DNA of 64,000 bases from a virus (lineage: Duplodnaviria > Heunggongvirae > Uroviricota > Caudoviricetes), in the IMG/VR virus record IMGVR_UViG_2740892219_000010, positions 1 through 64,000 of that record, one strand, 5' to 3'. Each line of letters starts with the position of its first letter. Within the stretch, counting starts at the first letter, position 1. Of the stretch, positions 55,666-64,000 are shown piece by piece. The translations under genes were made by a program, and so were the position numbers. The notes beneath the pieces are model-generated. The model was given only the letters and a program-made list of their open reading frames with translations. It had not been told where the DNA came from and ran no database searches.

Positions 55666-57416
55666 CAGAACTCCATAACCGTGAAACGCTCGTTTTCTCC
55701 TTCGCCGCCAATCGGTTCGTTAATGACAGCAAGCATGGTTGCCCACGCAAGGTCGCCGTGGCTGATCCCCCTCGCGCGGTCCGTTTCGTAAGTGATAAAG
55801 CCGCCCGGTGTTTTCACCTTACGCACGGCGTTAAAGGCCGCGACCAGCTCGCGTTCGGCGCGATCGTATTCCCACCGGCCGGCACGCATTATTTGCAGCA
55901 TTTTCAGTACCAGCGACCGTTTTGATGACAGCGTGAAGGTGTACGGAATAGCTGCAGGGAAAAACCGTTTCACTATCTGATAAACAGCCTCCCCATTCCC
56001 GCCCGTCACATCAATGCCGATGTGTTCCACGTTGTAGCGACACGTGAACTCTTCAATGACTCTGGCCTGTTCTTCAAACTCCAGCCCCTGAACGCGTCGC
56101 GTCTCCACCGTTCGAAAACGGCCACCAGGAACAGCCGGAGGAACCACCACGGACACAGCGCCGCTGTCGCCGTTGCCACTGCTGCCGTTTGCGTCATACC
56201 CAATCCATACCGGACGATTCCCCATCGGGCGGGGAGCAAAAGGTTTCCAGTCTTTCCAGTCGTCGTATCCGTCAACACCGCAGCCAATCAGGATATTCAG
56301 GTTAAATGCCGATTCCCCTTCGCGGACAAACTCACACATATAGAGATTGAGGAACTCGTCTTCGGTGTTTTCATCACGAATTTCGTCGATATCGGTGTGT
56401 TTCCAGCCGTGATTGACCACATCTTCCAGCGTGACAATTTGCCGCCACGTCCGGTCAGGGCAGATAAGCCCGTTATGCAGCGTTTTCCAGTCCACAGAAA
56501 AACGCTGGCGTTTATGCGAGGCCTTTTTCTCGTTCCAGCGGTCGCCGTTCCAGTAGGCGTATGCCTCGTGCGTTTCGGTGGATGGCGTGGAGAAGTAGGT
56601 GCGCCGCAGTCCGCTGAGGGTTGCCATAGCGCCAGCCACCTTACGCAGTTCAGCAAAGCGACTGACCCAGAAAAATTCATCAAAATAAAAATTGCCCGTA
56701 TAGGACTGTGCCGACGCAGCAGAAGTGCCGAGAAAATGCAGCTCTGCGCCGTTGGAGAGGATGATTTTATCGCCCCCTTTCAGCTCCACATCAACTTCAG
56801 CCGCGGCCTTCTGAATAATGCTTTTAAACTGGAACGCCTGACGACGCGACGCAGACAAAAAAATCTGGTTACGCTGGTAAGGTTGCGCCACATCGTCACG
56901 CAGCGCCATCAGCAGAGCTTCCTGTGCAAAATACCAGGTCGCCCCAATCTGTCGGGATTTCAGGATCATCCTGTTACGTATCCCGGCTTCCCTGCAAAGG
57001 GTCAGGGAGTCAAACCAGCCCCGCTGATGCCACTCCAGCCTGCTGATGATTTTTTCCCGCAGTGCGGCAATCTGTTCCGGCGTGAAATGATTTTTGAGTT
57101 TTTTCGCCCGGCCTTTCTTTCCTGCGGCCATCACATCCGGCTGGCCATCATGCAGCTTTTTAAGCTGCCGGGTCAGCAGGTCTATTTCCTTAAAGTCACC
57201 GCCTGTTTTATTCTGTTTTTCAGTAAGCTGGATGAGGCGCGCATCGATGGACTGCGTGACACGCTGCACGGGTGGCGTTTCATCCCACTGGTCACGTTTT
57301 TTCCACGCATAAATCGTGTTCGGGTTTATTCCCATCAGACGTGATATTTCTGCGGGCGGATAACCCTGCCAGTAAAGTTGCCGCGCACGCTGGCGCACAA
57401 AAGCGTCCTGAATCAT
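55665..57416 (-). CDS. terminase ATPase/large subunit (P2 gpP-like)
   Basis: 583 aa (P2 P is ~590 aa), overlaps the portal start by 1 nt; the long plus-strand ORF 56022-57344 on the opposite strand is judged spurious. Confidence 0.85.
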   Translation of the reverse strand: MIQDAFVRQRARQLYWQGYPPAEISRLMGINPNTIYAWKKRDQWDETPPVQRVTQSIDARLIQLTEKQNKTGGDFKEIDLLTRQLKKLHDGQPDVMAAGKKGRAKKLKNHFTPEQIAALREKIISRLEWHQRGWFDSLTLCREAGIRNRMILKSRQIGATWYFAQEALLMALRDDVAQPYQRNQIFLSASRRQAFQFKSIIQKAAAEVDVELKGGDKIILSNGAELHFLGTSAASAQSYTGNFYFDEFFWVSRFAELRKVAGAMATLSGLRRTYFSTPSTETHEAYAYWNGDRWNEKKASHKRQRFSVDWKTLHNGLICPDRTWRQIVTLEDVVNHGWKHTDIDEIRDENTEDEFLNLYMCEFVREGESAFNLNILIGCGVDGYDDWKDWKPFAPRPMGNRPVWIGYDANGSSGNGDSGAVSVVVPPAVPGGRFRTVETRRVQGLEFEEQARVIEEFTCRYNVEHIGIDVTGGNGEAVYQIVKRFFPAAIPYTFTLSSKRSLVLKMLQIMRAGRWEYDRAERELVAAFNAVRKVKTPGGFITYETDRARGISHGDLAWATMLAVINEPIGGEGENERFTVMEF

Positions 57417-57570
57417 TGCTCCCCCTGAGTAATTACAGGAAGATTACCCGCGCGCGAAACTGTTCTCCTTAACCCCCTGTTCTGGCCGTTTTCTTACAAC
57501 AAAAGCCCTTTGTATCAGCCTGTTACGCTTTGCCATCATGACTGAAGAACCAGTCAGAGGGGCAAAAACT

Positions 57571-58407
57571 ATGGCTAATGAAAAAAAGACATCCCGCAAA
57601 AAGTTTCGCGTGGCTGTCTCCGGATCAACTGTTGATGGCCGTGAAATCAGTCCGGTGCATCTGCGTGAAGCCGCCGAGAACTTCAACCCGGATGTTTACG
57701 CTGCCCGCGTGAACGTTGAGCACTATCTCTCGCCATGCCCGTCAAGCGAATTTTCCGCAATGGGCGATGTCACCGCACTGAGTACGGAAGACATTACGGA
57801 AGGTCCGCTGGCCGGACGTACTGCGCTGTATGCAGAAATCGAACCGACCGAGCGCATGAAGCAGCTTGTCGCGGACGGCAAGAAAATCTATTCCAGTATC
57901 GAACTGCACCCGCAGTTCTCCGTTAACGGGCGCGCCTATCTGGTCGGGCTGGCGATGACCGACACCCCGGCAAGCCTGGGCACTGAGCGCCTGAAATTCA
58001 CGGCACAGCAACGTCAGGCGGTGATGACGTTCAACAGTGTCCAGGGTGAAGCGCCGCTTATCTCCGAAGCCATCGAGTCTGAAATCATCGAAATGGCAGA
58101 ACAACGCCAGGAAGCAGGCACCCAGTGGTTTAACCGCGTAATGGGGATTATTGGCCGTGGCCGCAAAGCGGATGACGCCAGTTTTTCCCGTATTCAGGAA
58201 GCGGTGGAAGGCGTCGCAACGTCACAGGCCGACATTATCGACCGTTTTAATGTGCTGGAAACCCGCCATCAGCAGGACCGCCAGAAAATCACGTCACTGA
58301 CCACAGAGCTGGCAGCACTGAAGGAAAAACTGCGCACGCAGGACGGCGATCCGCAGAACCGGTTCACCGCAACGGGCGCAGCCTCCGACCAGCTGGCTGA
58401 CTTCTGA
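57571..58407 (+). CDS. capsid scaffolding protein (P2 gpO-like)
   Basis: ~278 aa from ATG 57571; collinear with P2 O as recalled (FRVAVSGSTVDGREIS; YLVGLAMTDTPASLGTERLKF). Confidence 0.8.
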   Translation: MANEKKTSRKKFRVAVSGSTVDGREISPVHLREAAENFNPDVYAARVNVEHYLSPCPSSEFSAMGDVTALSTEDITEGPLAGRTALYAEIEPTERMKQLVADGKKIYSSIELHPQFSVNGRAYLVGLAMTDTPASLGTERLKFTAQQRQAVMTFNSVQGEAPLISEAIESEIIEMAEQRQEAGTQWFNRVMGIIGRGRKADDASFSRIQEAVEGVATSQADIIDRFNVLETRHQQDRQKITSLTTELAALKEKLRTQDGDPQNRFTATGAASDQLADF

Positions 58408-58430
58408 TAAGACAAAGGAGCAAATTTTTT

Positions 58431-59483
58431 ATGAATCTGGTGATGTCAGATATTACCCGCAACAAGCTGGGCTGCTATATGGCGCAGCAGGCGTCGCTTA
58501 ACAATATCCCGGTTTCCGCACTGGTATCGCGATTTACCGTGGAACCCTCGGTACAGCAGCGTTTTGAAAACGCCTCAAAGGAAAGCACCGAATTTACAAA
58601 AAGAATTAACGTGATCGGCGTGACCGACCAGAAAGGCGAAAAAATCCTCCTGGATACCACCGGGCCGATTGCGCGCACGAATACCAGTTATGACGGCACA
58701 AAACGCCGTAACCCGAATAACGTGGTTGATCTGAAAAACCGCAAATACCAGTGCGAACAGGTGAACTACGACACGTTTATTTCATATCCGCAGCTTGATG
58801 CCTGGGCGGCACACCCTGATTTTCAGTCCCGCATCAGCGCACAGATTGCCCGACAGGTGGCACTTGACCGCATCATGATCGGTTTCAACGGCACGTCTCA
58901 CGCGGATGAGTCCAACTTCAGCACCAACAAGTTGCTTCAGGACGTTAACGTGGGGTGGCTGGAGCACATCAGAACCGACGCCAGCGAACGCGTTATGAAT
59001 GACGTGACGCTGACCTCCCGTAACATGGACAACACCGTGGCGCACGCGGGTAAGTATGCGAACGCTGATGCACTGGTACAGGACGCGCGCTCATCCCTGC
59101 TGGATGAATGGCACAAGGAAGCTGACGACCTCGTGGTGATTATGGGGCGCAACCTGTTTAACTCGCTGCGTCTGCCCGTGCTGAACAGCATCAGCGGCCA
59201 GAATCCCAATGCGGAATTACTCGCCGGGCAGCTCATTCTGTCATCGCGCACCATTGGCGGGCTGGGCGTGTTCCTTGCGCCGTTCTTCCCGGATTCAACG
59301 ATGCTGATCACCTCGTTCAACAACCTGTCGATTTACTGGCAGAAAGGTTCAATGCGTCGTCTGATGAAAGACGAACCGGAATACAACCGCATCGCCACCT
59401 ACCAGTCCATCAATGACGCTTATGTCGTTGAAGACTATGGCAAGTGCGCGATGGTCACTGGCCTGAAGTTCGCCGACAGCTAA
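58431..59483 (+). CDS. major capsid protein (P2 gpN-like)
   Basis: 350 aa with extensive similarity to P2 N as recalled (FTVEPSV; MIGFNGTS; LLQDVNVGWL; LVVIMGRNL; MLITSFNNLSIYW; YVVEDYG). Confidence 0.9.
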   Translation: MNLVMSDITRNKLGCYMAQQASLNNIPVSALVSRFTVEPSVQQRFENASKESTEFTKRINVIGVTDQKGEKILLDTTGPIARTNTSYDGTKRRNPNNVVDLKNRKYQCEQVNYDTFISYPQLDAWAAHPDFQSRISAQIARQVALDRIMIGFNGTSHADESNFSTNKLLQDVNVGWLEHIRTDASERVMNDVTLTSRNMDNTVAHAGKYANADALVQDARSSLLDEWHKEADDLVVIMGRNLFNSLRLPVLNSISGQNPNAELLAGQLILSSRTIGGLGVFLAPFFPDSTMLITSFNNLSIYWQKGSMRRLMKDEPEYNRIATYQSINDAYVVEDYGKCAMVTGLKFADS

Positions 59484-59528
59484 TCAACTCACGGCGGGCA
59501 TCATGCCCGCCTGTAACGGAGAGAAAAA

Positions 59529-60326
59529 ATGATTACTCCTGCACAGCAACACTGGCAGAACGTGATGGCACAGCGCGCGGGCCGGGCGAATGAAGGCGTG
59601 GACCACGCTGCGCGTACCGCGCATGAAGAGGTGCTGTATCGTCTGCGTCTGGCACAGGCCCGGCTTAAGGGCGTACAGGCCAGAAGCGCGAAAGCCGCCA
59701 TCAAAAAAGAGTTATTGCCGGATTTTTCCGGCTGGATTGAGGGAACGCTGGAGGCTGACGGCGGGCAGCAGGATGAAGTGATTGCCACGCTGATGGTGTG
59801 GGCGATTGACTGTGGCGATCTTCCGCTGGCGTTGCGTATTGGTGCGTATGTGGTCCGTCATAACCTCATTATGCCGGATAACTTTGGCCGTACTGCTGCC
59901 ACGGTACTGACCGAAGAAATCTGCAACCCGGTACTGACGCAGGCCGGGGCGGATGCCGACGCGGATTTGTCCGCCTTTATCGAACCACTGGACACCCTCC
60001 AGAAGATTGTCACCGACCAGGACATGCCGGACGAAGTGCGCGCCAAATTATGCAAGGCGTGCGCCTTTGCCCGTCGTGGTCTGAGTGATGCGGACAGCAT
60101 GGCCCTGTCACTGAAGCTGCTGCGCGAAGCAATGCACCTGAACCCGAACGCAGGTGTGAAACGCGAGATTGCAACCCTTTCCCGCGCCCTGAAAAAAGCC
60201 GATTCCGCAGCCGCACCAGTTGCCAGCGCACAGCAGGCGCAGGACGAAAGCAGCAAAAGTAAAAAGACAACGCGGAAGCCTGCAACACGAAAAACCACCG
60301 CGACGCAGAAGGCGAAGCGCGGTTAA
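59529..60326 (+). CDS. terminase endonuclease/small subunit (P2 gpM-like)
   Basis: 265 aa; similarity to P2 M as recalled (KKELLPDFSGWIEGTLE; DMPDEVRAKL; AGVKREI). Confidence 0.8.
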   Translation: MITPAQQHWQNVMAQRAGRANEGVDHAARTAHEEVLYRLRLAQARLKGVQARSAKAAIKKELLPDFSGWIEGTLEADGGQQDEVIATLMVWAIDCGDLPLALRIGAYVVRHNLIMPDNFGRTAATVLTEEICNPVLTQAGADADADLSAFIEPLDTLQKIVTDQDMPDEVRAKLCKACAFARRGLSDADSMALSLKLLREAMHLNPNAGVKREIATLSRALKKADSAAAPVASAQQAQDESSKSKKTTRKPATRKTTATQKAKRG

Positions 60327-60418
60327 CGACTGACCCCGTCAGCGGGCGGCGTGCGCGGTGTTCCGGTTTGACTCCGTGACCGTTTACACCACGCACCCAC
60401 CGCCCGATTTTTTCAGGA

Positions 60419-60922
60419 GTGAACCCCATGAGTATGGTTGCCAGAACCGAAACCCGCCCCGCAGAGGATGACATCACTGATACCGATGATGGCGATACCC
60501 GTATTTCTGCGGGGGCATTCTGGCCGGATATTGTGCTGCGTGAGCTGCGTCTGGCGGTACGACTGCCGGGCCGCGTGACCACCTCCCGCCTGCTGCATAC
60601 CGCCACCGGGGCGGTGGCCCACGTTACCCGTGAGCTGGAAGCGTGGCAGCAGGAACAGCAGGCAGCCGGACACGAAACACTGGCCGATGTCCCGGCGCCA
60701 TTAATTAACGGAGAAAGCGTCAATCTCTGGCACTGGCGCAATGCGGTTTACACCGCCACCCGTGCCCTGATTCTGGAGCGTTACCGCGATGCGGACACAA
60801 CGGATAAGGGCGAGCGCCGGGCAGATGCACTGGACGCACAGGCTGCGGACCTGTGGCGCGATGTGAGCTGGGCCATCTCTGACATTCTGGGAAGACCACG
60901 AATGTTTGCGGAGCTGTGCTGA
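60419..60922 (+). CDS. head completion/stabilisation protein (P2 gpL-like)
   Basis: 167 aa following M in P2 order. Confidence 0.75.
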   Translation: MNPMSMVARTETRPAEDDITDTDDGDTRISAGAFWPDIVLRELRLAVRLPGRVTTSRLLHTATGAVAHVTRELEAWQQEQQAAGHETLADVPAPLINGESVNLWHWRNAVYTATRALILERYRDADTTDKGERRADALDAQAADLWRDVSWAISDILGRPRMFAELC

Positions 60923-61122
60923 TGAAAGTGAAGGCACTAGCAGGCGACACCGTGGATTCGCTCTGTTTCCGGTACTACGGCACGACGCAGGGCGTCACCG
61001 AAAAGGTGATGGATGCCAACCCCGGACTCTGTCAGCAGGTATTTCTGAACGCCGGGCAGGAAGTGGAGATGCCGGAGCCGGAGAAGAAGAAACGAGAAAT
61101 GATTCAGTTGTGGGGAGAGTAG
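60922..61122 (+). CDS. tail protein X (P2 gpX-like)
   Basis: 66 aa from ATG 60922 (overlaps L stop, TGATG); MKVKALAGDTVDSLCFRYYG...ANPGL matches P2 gpX pattern. Confidence 0.7.
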   Translation: MKVKALAGDTVDSLCFRYYGTTQGVTEKVMDANPGLCQQVFLNAGQEVEMPEPEKKKREMIQLWGE

Positions 61123-61124
61123 CG

Positions 61125-61448
61125 GTGAGCACCATTCAAACAGGGATCACAGAGCAGGTTATTGCGTGGCTCCTTGACCACCTGCCAACGGTGTATGCAG
61201 TAGGCGCGGCGGTCAGCATTTCCGCGCTGATGAGTCTTTATGACGGACGAACACTGGTTCAGACCGTAACGGGATCGCTGGCGTGCGGCGTTCTTGCCAT
61301 GGCCGTGGCCGGGTCGTTGCGCTTCTTCGGTTTTCCTGAAGATGCCGTGACGTTTATCGGCGCATCAATCGGTTTTATGGGCGCAGAGAAAGCACGCGAC
61401 AAGGTTATTGCGGCCTTTAATCGCAGAACCAAAAGCGAGGATGAATAA
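61125..61448 (+). CDS. holin (P2 gpY position)
   Basis: ~107 aa from GTG 61125 with RBS GGGGAGAG; TM segments (VYAVGAAVSISALMSL; LACGVLAMAVAGSL). Confidence 0.5.
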   Translation: MSTIQTGITEQVIAWLLDHLPTVYAVGAAVSISALMSLYDGRTLVQTVTGSLACGVLAMAVAGSLRFFGFPEDAVTFIGASIGFMGAEKARDKVIAAFNRRTKSEDE

Positions 61449-61488
61449 GCCGCAGACTTAACTAAAAATTGTTCACAGGGGTGACGAA

Positions 61489-62034
61489 ATGAAATCGAAA
61501 GACGAAATTTTTGATGCCGTTCTGGGCAAAGAAGGCGGCTACGTCAATCACCCGGATGACAAAGGCGGCCCGACAAAATGGGGCATCACTGAAAAGGTGG
61601 CACGGGCGCACGGATACCGTGGCGATATGCGTGATTTAACGCGCGGACAGGCACTGGAAATCCTTGAAGCTGATTACTGGTACGGACCGCGTTTTGATCA
61701 GATAGCGAAGCTGTCCCCGGATATTGCCGCAGAACTATGTGACACCGGAGTAAATATGGGGCCGTCTGTGGCAACCAGAATGCTGCAGCGCTGGCTGAAC
61801 GCATTCAATCAGGGCGGGAAACTGTATCCCGATATGGACACGGACGGACGCACTGGCCCACGCACGATTAACGCATTGCGTGCATATCTGGACAAACGCG
61901 GTCGGGACGGCGAGATGGTGATGTTAGCAGCACTGAACTGTACACAGGGTGAACGCTATCTGGAGCTGGCGGAAAAACGCGAAGCCAACGAGTCGTTTGT
62001 CTACGGCTGGATAAAGGAACGCGTGGCGGCATGA
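61489..62034 (+). CDS. endolysin, GH108-type muramidase with peptidoglycan-binding region
   Basis: 181 aa; N-terminus (FDAVLGKEGGYVNHPDDKGGPTKWGIT) typical of GH108-family lytic enzymes; in the P2 K position. Confidence 0.65.
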   Translation: MKSKDEIFDAVLGKEGGYVNHPDDKGGPTKWGITEKVARAHGYRGDMRDLTRGQALEILEADYWYGPRFDQIAKLSPDIAAELCDTGVNMGPSVATRMLQRWLNAFNQGGKLYPDMDTDGRTGPRTINALRAYLDKRGRDGEMVMLAALNCTQGERYLELAEKREANESFVYGWIKERVAA

Positions 62035-62438
62035 GGTTATGGACTTCTCTGGGCGTCGCTTTTCTTCTGATTGCCGCATGGGGAGCATCCATGCGTCTGT
62101 CGTGGTCGCTGGGCCGGGAGAACGCCAGAAACGAAGCGCAGGCCAGCGCCCTGAAAAGTACCGTCGACACCCTGAATATCATCAGCACCGGGGTACAGGA
62201 TATGCAGCAGGTGCTGGCGCAACTCCGCGTGGAAAATCAGCAACGCAATCAGGATGGAGAGGCCAGACGTGAACAACTACGCAACGATATTGCAAAAGAT
62301 GAATGCGCCCACGCTTTGCCTGACGCTCGTTTTACTGACAGGTTGCGCAGGCACGCAGAACGCGCCACTGCCAGCGCCGTCGGCCCGGCTTATACCGCAG
62401 ACGCTGACCATACCGGTAACGCCTCCCCCCTTCCCTGA
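62031..62438 (+). CDS. inner-membrane spanin (LysB/Rz-like)
   Basis: 135 aa with N-terminal TM (LWTSLGVAFLLIAAWGA) and coiled-coil periplasmic part; overlaps endolysin stop. Confidence 0.55.
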   Translation: MRLWTSLGVAFLLIAAWGASMRLSWSLGRENARNEAQASALKSTVDTLNIISTGVQDMQQVLAQLRVENQQRNQDGEARREQLRNDIAKDECAHALPDARFTDRLRRHAERATASAVGPAYTADADHTGNASPLP

Positions 62439-62589
62439 TACTCCCACCTGGGGAAACCTCGGTATATGGGGCGACCGCCTTCTGGATGCACTGGAAACCT
62501 GTAACGCGGATAAACGGGCCATTGAATTACTGGAGCAGCGCAGACTACAACGACTGAACAACGAGGACAACAGCCATGCTGAAAACTGA
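62299..62589 (+). CDS. outer-membrane lipoprotein spanin (LysC/Rz1-like), overlapping the i-spanin gene
   Basis: 96 aa from ATG 62299; lipobox LLTGC; Pro-rich mature region; starts inside the i-spanin gene in a different frame. Confidence 0.6.
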   Translation: MNAPTLCLTLVLLTGCAGTQNAPLPAPSARLIPQTLTIPVTPPPFPDTPTWGNLGIWGDRLLDALETCNADKRAIELLEQRRLQRLNNEDNSHAEN

Positions 62590-63043
62590 TTCCCTGCGTG
62601 AAGCCATGACCCGTTCATGCCGATGGTGTCAGGCCAACCCGGAAAAATTCACCATTTTCGTGGAGAGCGGCAACATTGAAACGACAGGAGAAACCCCATC
62701 GTTTGTTTACCGCTATCAGATGGTGATGTTTGTCATGGATTACGCCGGGGAGCTGGACGACCTCACGCTGCCGCTGCTGGCGTGGTTATCCGAAAATCAG
62801 CCGCAGTTGTTGCTCAACCCTGAGCGTAATCAGGACATCAAATTTTCTGCCGTTATTAATGACGATGACAGCGCCGACATCCTGTTTACACTGCCCCTGC
62901 GGGAGCGCGTTCGCGTCACGCGCAACAGTCAGGGCACACCACAGGCAGAACACCTGCCGGAGCCAAAACCCCGCCTGCCATCTTCCGAAGGCGACTGGTC
63001 ACATGTATTCCAGGATGTGACGTGGGGCGAAAGCGATGGATAA
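62576..63043 (+). CDS. tail completion protein R (P2 gpR-like)
   Basis: 155 aa (P2 R is 155 aa); LPLLAWLSENQP vs P2 VPVLAWLRENQP as recalled. Confidence 0.75.
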   Translation: MLKTDSLREAMTRSCRWCQANPEKFTIFVESGNIETTGETPSFVYRYQMVMFVMDYAGELDDLTLPLLAWLSENQPQLLLNPERNQDIKFSAVINDDDSADILFTLPLRERVRVTRNSQGTPQAEHLPEPKPRLPSSEGDWSHVFQDVTWGESDG

Positions 63044-63671
63044 GGCATTCACCCGCGCGGATGAAACCTTCGAGGCTATCCGCGACAGCCTGAATCAGCA
63101 GGCCATCAATAACATCGCCAGAAAGCTGGCACAGGATTTACGCCGCGCCCAGCAGGCACGTATCCGGTCACAGAAAGCGCCGGACGGGACCGCATGGACA
63201 CCACGCAGACGCCGCGTAACCCGGATACAGGAGCGCATTCGCTTTATCTGGAATAACGAAACACGCACGCTGAAAAACTGGCATCACGACACAGGGAAAT
63301 ACGGGCGAACCATTACCGGGTGGGATGAGGATAAAAACAATATCCGCACGTTTTACCGGGATGACATCGACCGTTTTCTGGAAATACGCACCCGGCGTAT
63401 CAACCAGGACAGCACAAAGCACGTCCCCATGTTCATAAAGCTGCGCACCGTCCGTTACCTGAAAGCCCGCGCGGATACCTCCGGTGTGACAGTGGGTTAC
63501 AGCGGCGTGGCCGCACGTATTGCACGCGTTCATCAGTTCGGTGAACGCGATCAGGTTGCGCCGGGTATTTTCACCAATTACCCGGTACGTGAGCTGCTGG
63601 GTATCAGTCAGGCGGATGAGCGCCTGATTTATAACACGGTGCTGGGCCGGATTGCGGAGGCAGTACAGTGA
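63036..63671 (+). CDS. tail completion / virion morphogenesis protein S (P2 gpS-like)
   Basis: 211 aa following R in P2 order. Confidence 0.7.
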   Translation: MDKAFTRADETFEAIRDSLNQQAINNIARKLAQDLRRAQQARIRSQKAPDGTAWTPRRRRVTRIQERIRFIWNNETRTLKNWHHDTGKYGRTITGWDEDKNNIRTFYRDDIDRFLEIRTRRINQDSTKHVPMFIKLRTVRYLKARADTSGVTVGYSGVAARIARVHQFGERDQVAPGIFTNYPVRELLGISQADERLIYNTVLGRIAEAVQ

Positions 63672-64000
63672 ACGCAGAACTTATGAGACTGCTGAGCAAT
63701 ATCATCCGCACCGGGATCATCTCTGAAGTTGATGAGAAATCCTGGTGCGTGCGGGTCCTCAGCGGCGGACTGGAAACAGGCTGGCTGCGCTGGAACACCA
63801 CGCGCGCGGGAGCCTTCAACGTGTGGCTGCCGCCATCAGTGGGCGAACAGGTGGCAATTGCCTGCATCGGCGGCAACCCGGAAACAGCCATGATAATTGG
63901 CAGCCTGTGGAGCGATGACATTCCGGCCCCCGGAAAAAGCCTGAAAGAAATCGTGGTCAGCGCGCCGGATGGCGCGGTGTTCTGCTACGACGCGGACGCA
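63668..64000 (+). CDS. baseplate assembly protein V, N-terminal part (runs off the window)
   Basis: GTG 63668; translation VNAELMRLLSNIIRTGIISEV...WLPPSVGEQVAIACIGGNPETAMIIGS matches the P2 gpV N-terminus as recalled; no stop before the window end. Confidence 0.7.
   Translation, partial: MNAELMRLLSNIIRTGIISEVDEKSWCVRVLSGGLETGWLRWNTTRAGAFNVWLPPSVGEQVAIACIGGNPETAMIIGSLWSDDIPAPGKSLKEIVVSAPDGAVFCYDADA

Noticed and set aside
56022-57344. 440-aa plus-strand ORF
   Set aside because: Lies entirely antisense to the P2 gpP-like terminase gene (55665-57416), which has conserved family similarity. The product is Arg/Pro-rich and looks like a GC-rich antisense artefact.
60010-60741. 243-aa minus-strand ORF
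   Set aside because: Antisense to the gpM-like and gpL-like genes, which have clear P2 family similarity; typical GC-rich antisense ORF.

Overview
This 64-kb window is almost entirely prophage DNA from an enterobacterial chromosome: two different temperate phages meet at a 55-bp tRNA-Leu(UAA) 3' core (43644-43698). All calls come from reading the six-frame translations and the DNA by eye, with family assignments from memory; no database search or folding program was run.

(1) 1 to ~43.6 kb is a mosaic lambdoid prophage, mostly on the minus strand. It has a P2-type contractile tail module (D, X, U, tape measure, E, tube, sheath, fibre, I, J, W, V), a lambda-type cos-packaging head module (FII, FI, E-like capsid, D-like decoration, C-like protease, B-like portal, W, terminase A, small terminase), a lysis cassette, a Q-like antiterminator with pR'/tR', nin-region genes, a P22-like replication module (O-like initiator and DnaB-type helicase), a cro/cI immunity switch with an antirepressor, an early-left operon, and xis/int.

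(2) ~43.7 kb to the window end is a P2-like prophage: int, two cargo genes, repressor C, cox-like and early genes, replication endonuclease A, a ParM/ParR locus, a cos-proximal region, then Q, P, O, N, M, L, X, holin, endolysin, spanins, R, S and the start of V.

The best candidate for an undescribed system is an AT-rich four-gene cargo array (26720-31244) inside the lambdoid early-right operon. Each intergenic gap carries one copy of a ~70-bp structured repeat, and the array is flanked by two diverged copies of the 3' end of an upstream membrane-protein gene. It sits next to an ImmA/IrrE-type metallopeptidase module. Other items worth a second look are the ParM locus whose parR has an in-frame amber codon, two cargo genes co-transcribed with the P2-like repressor and integrase, and the converging-integrase geometry at the tRNA-Leu core.
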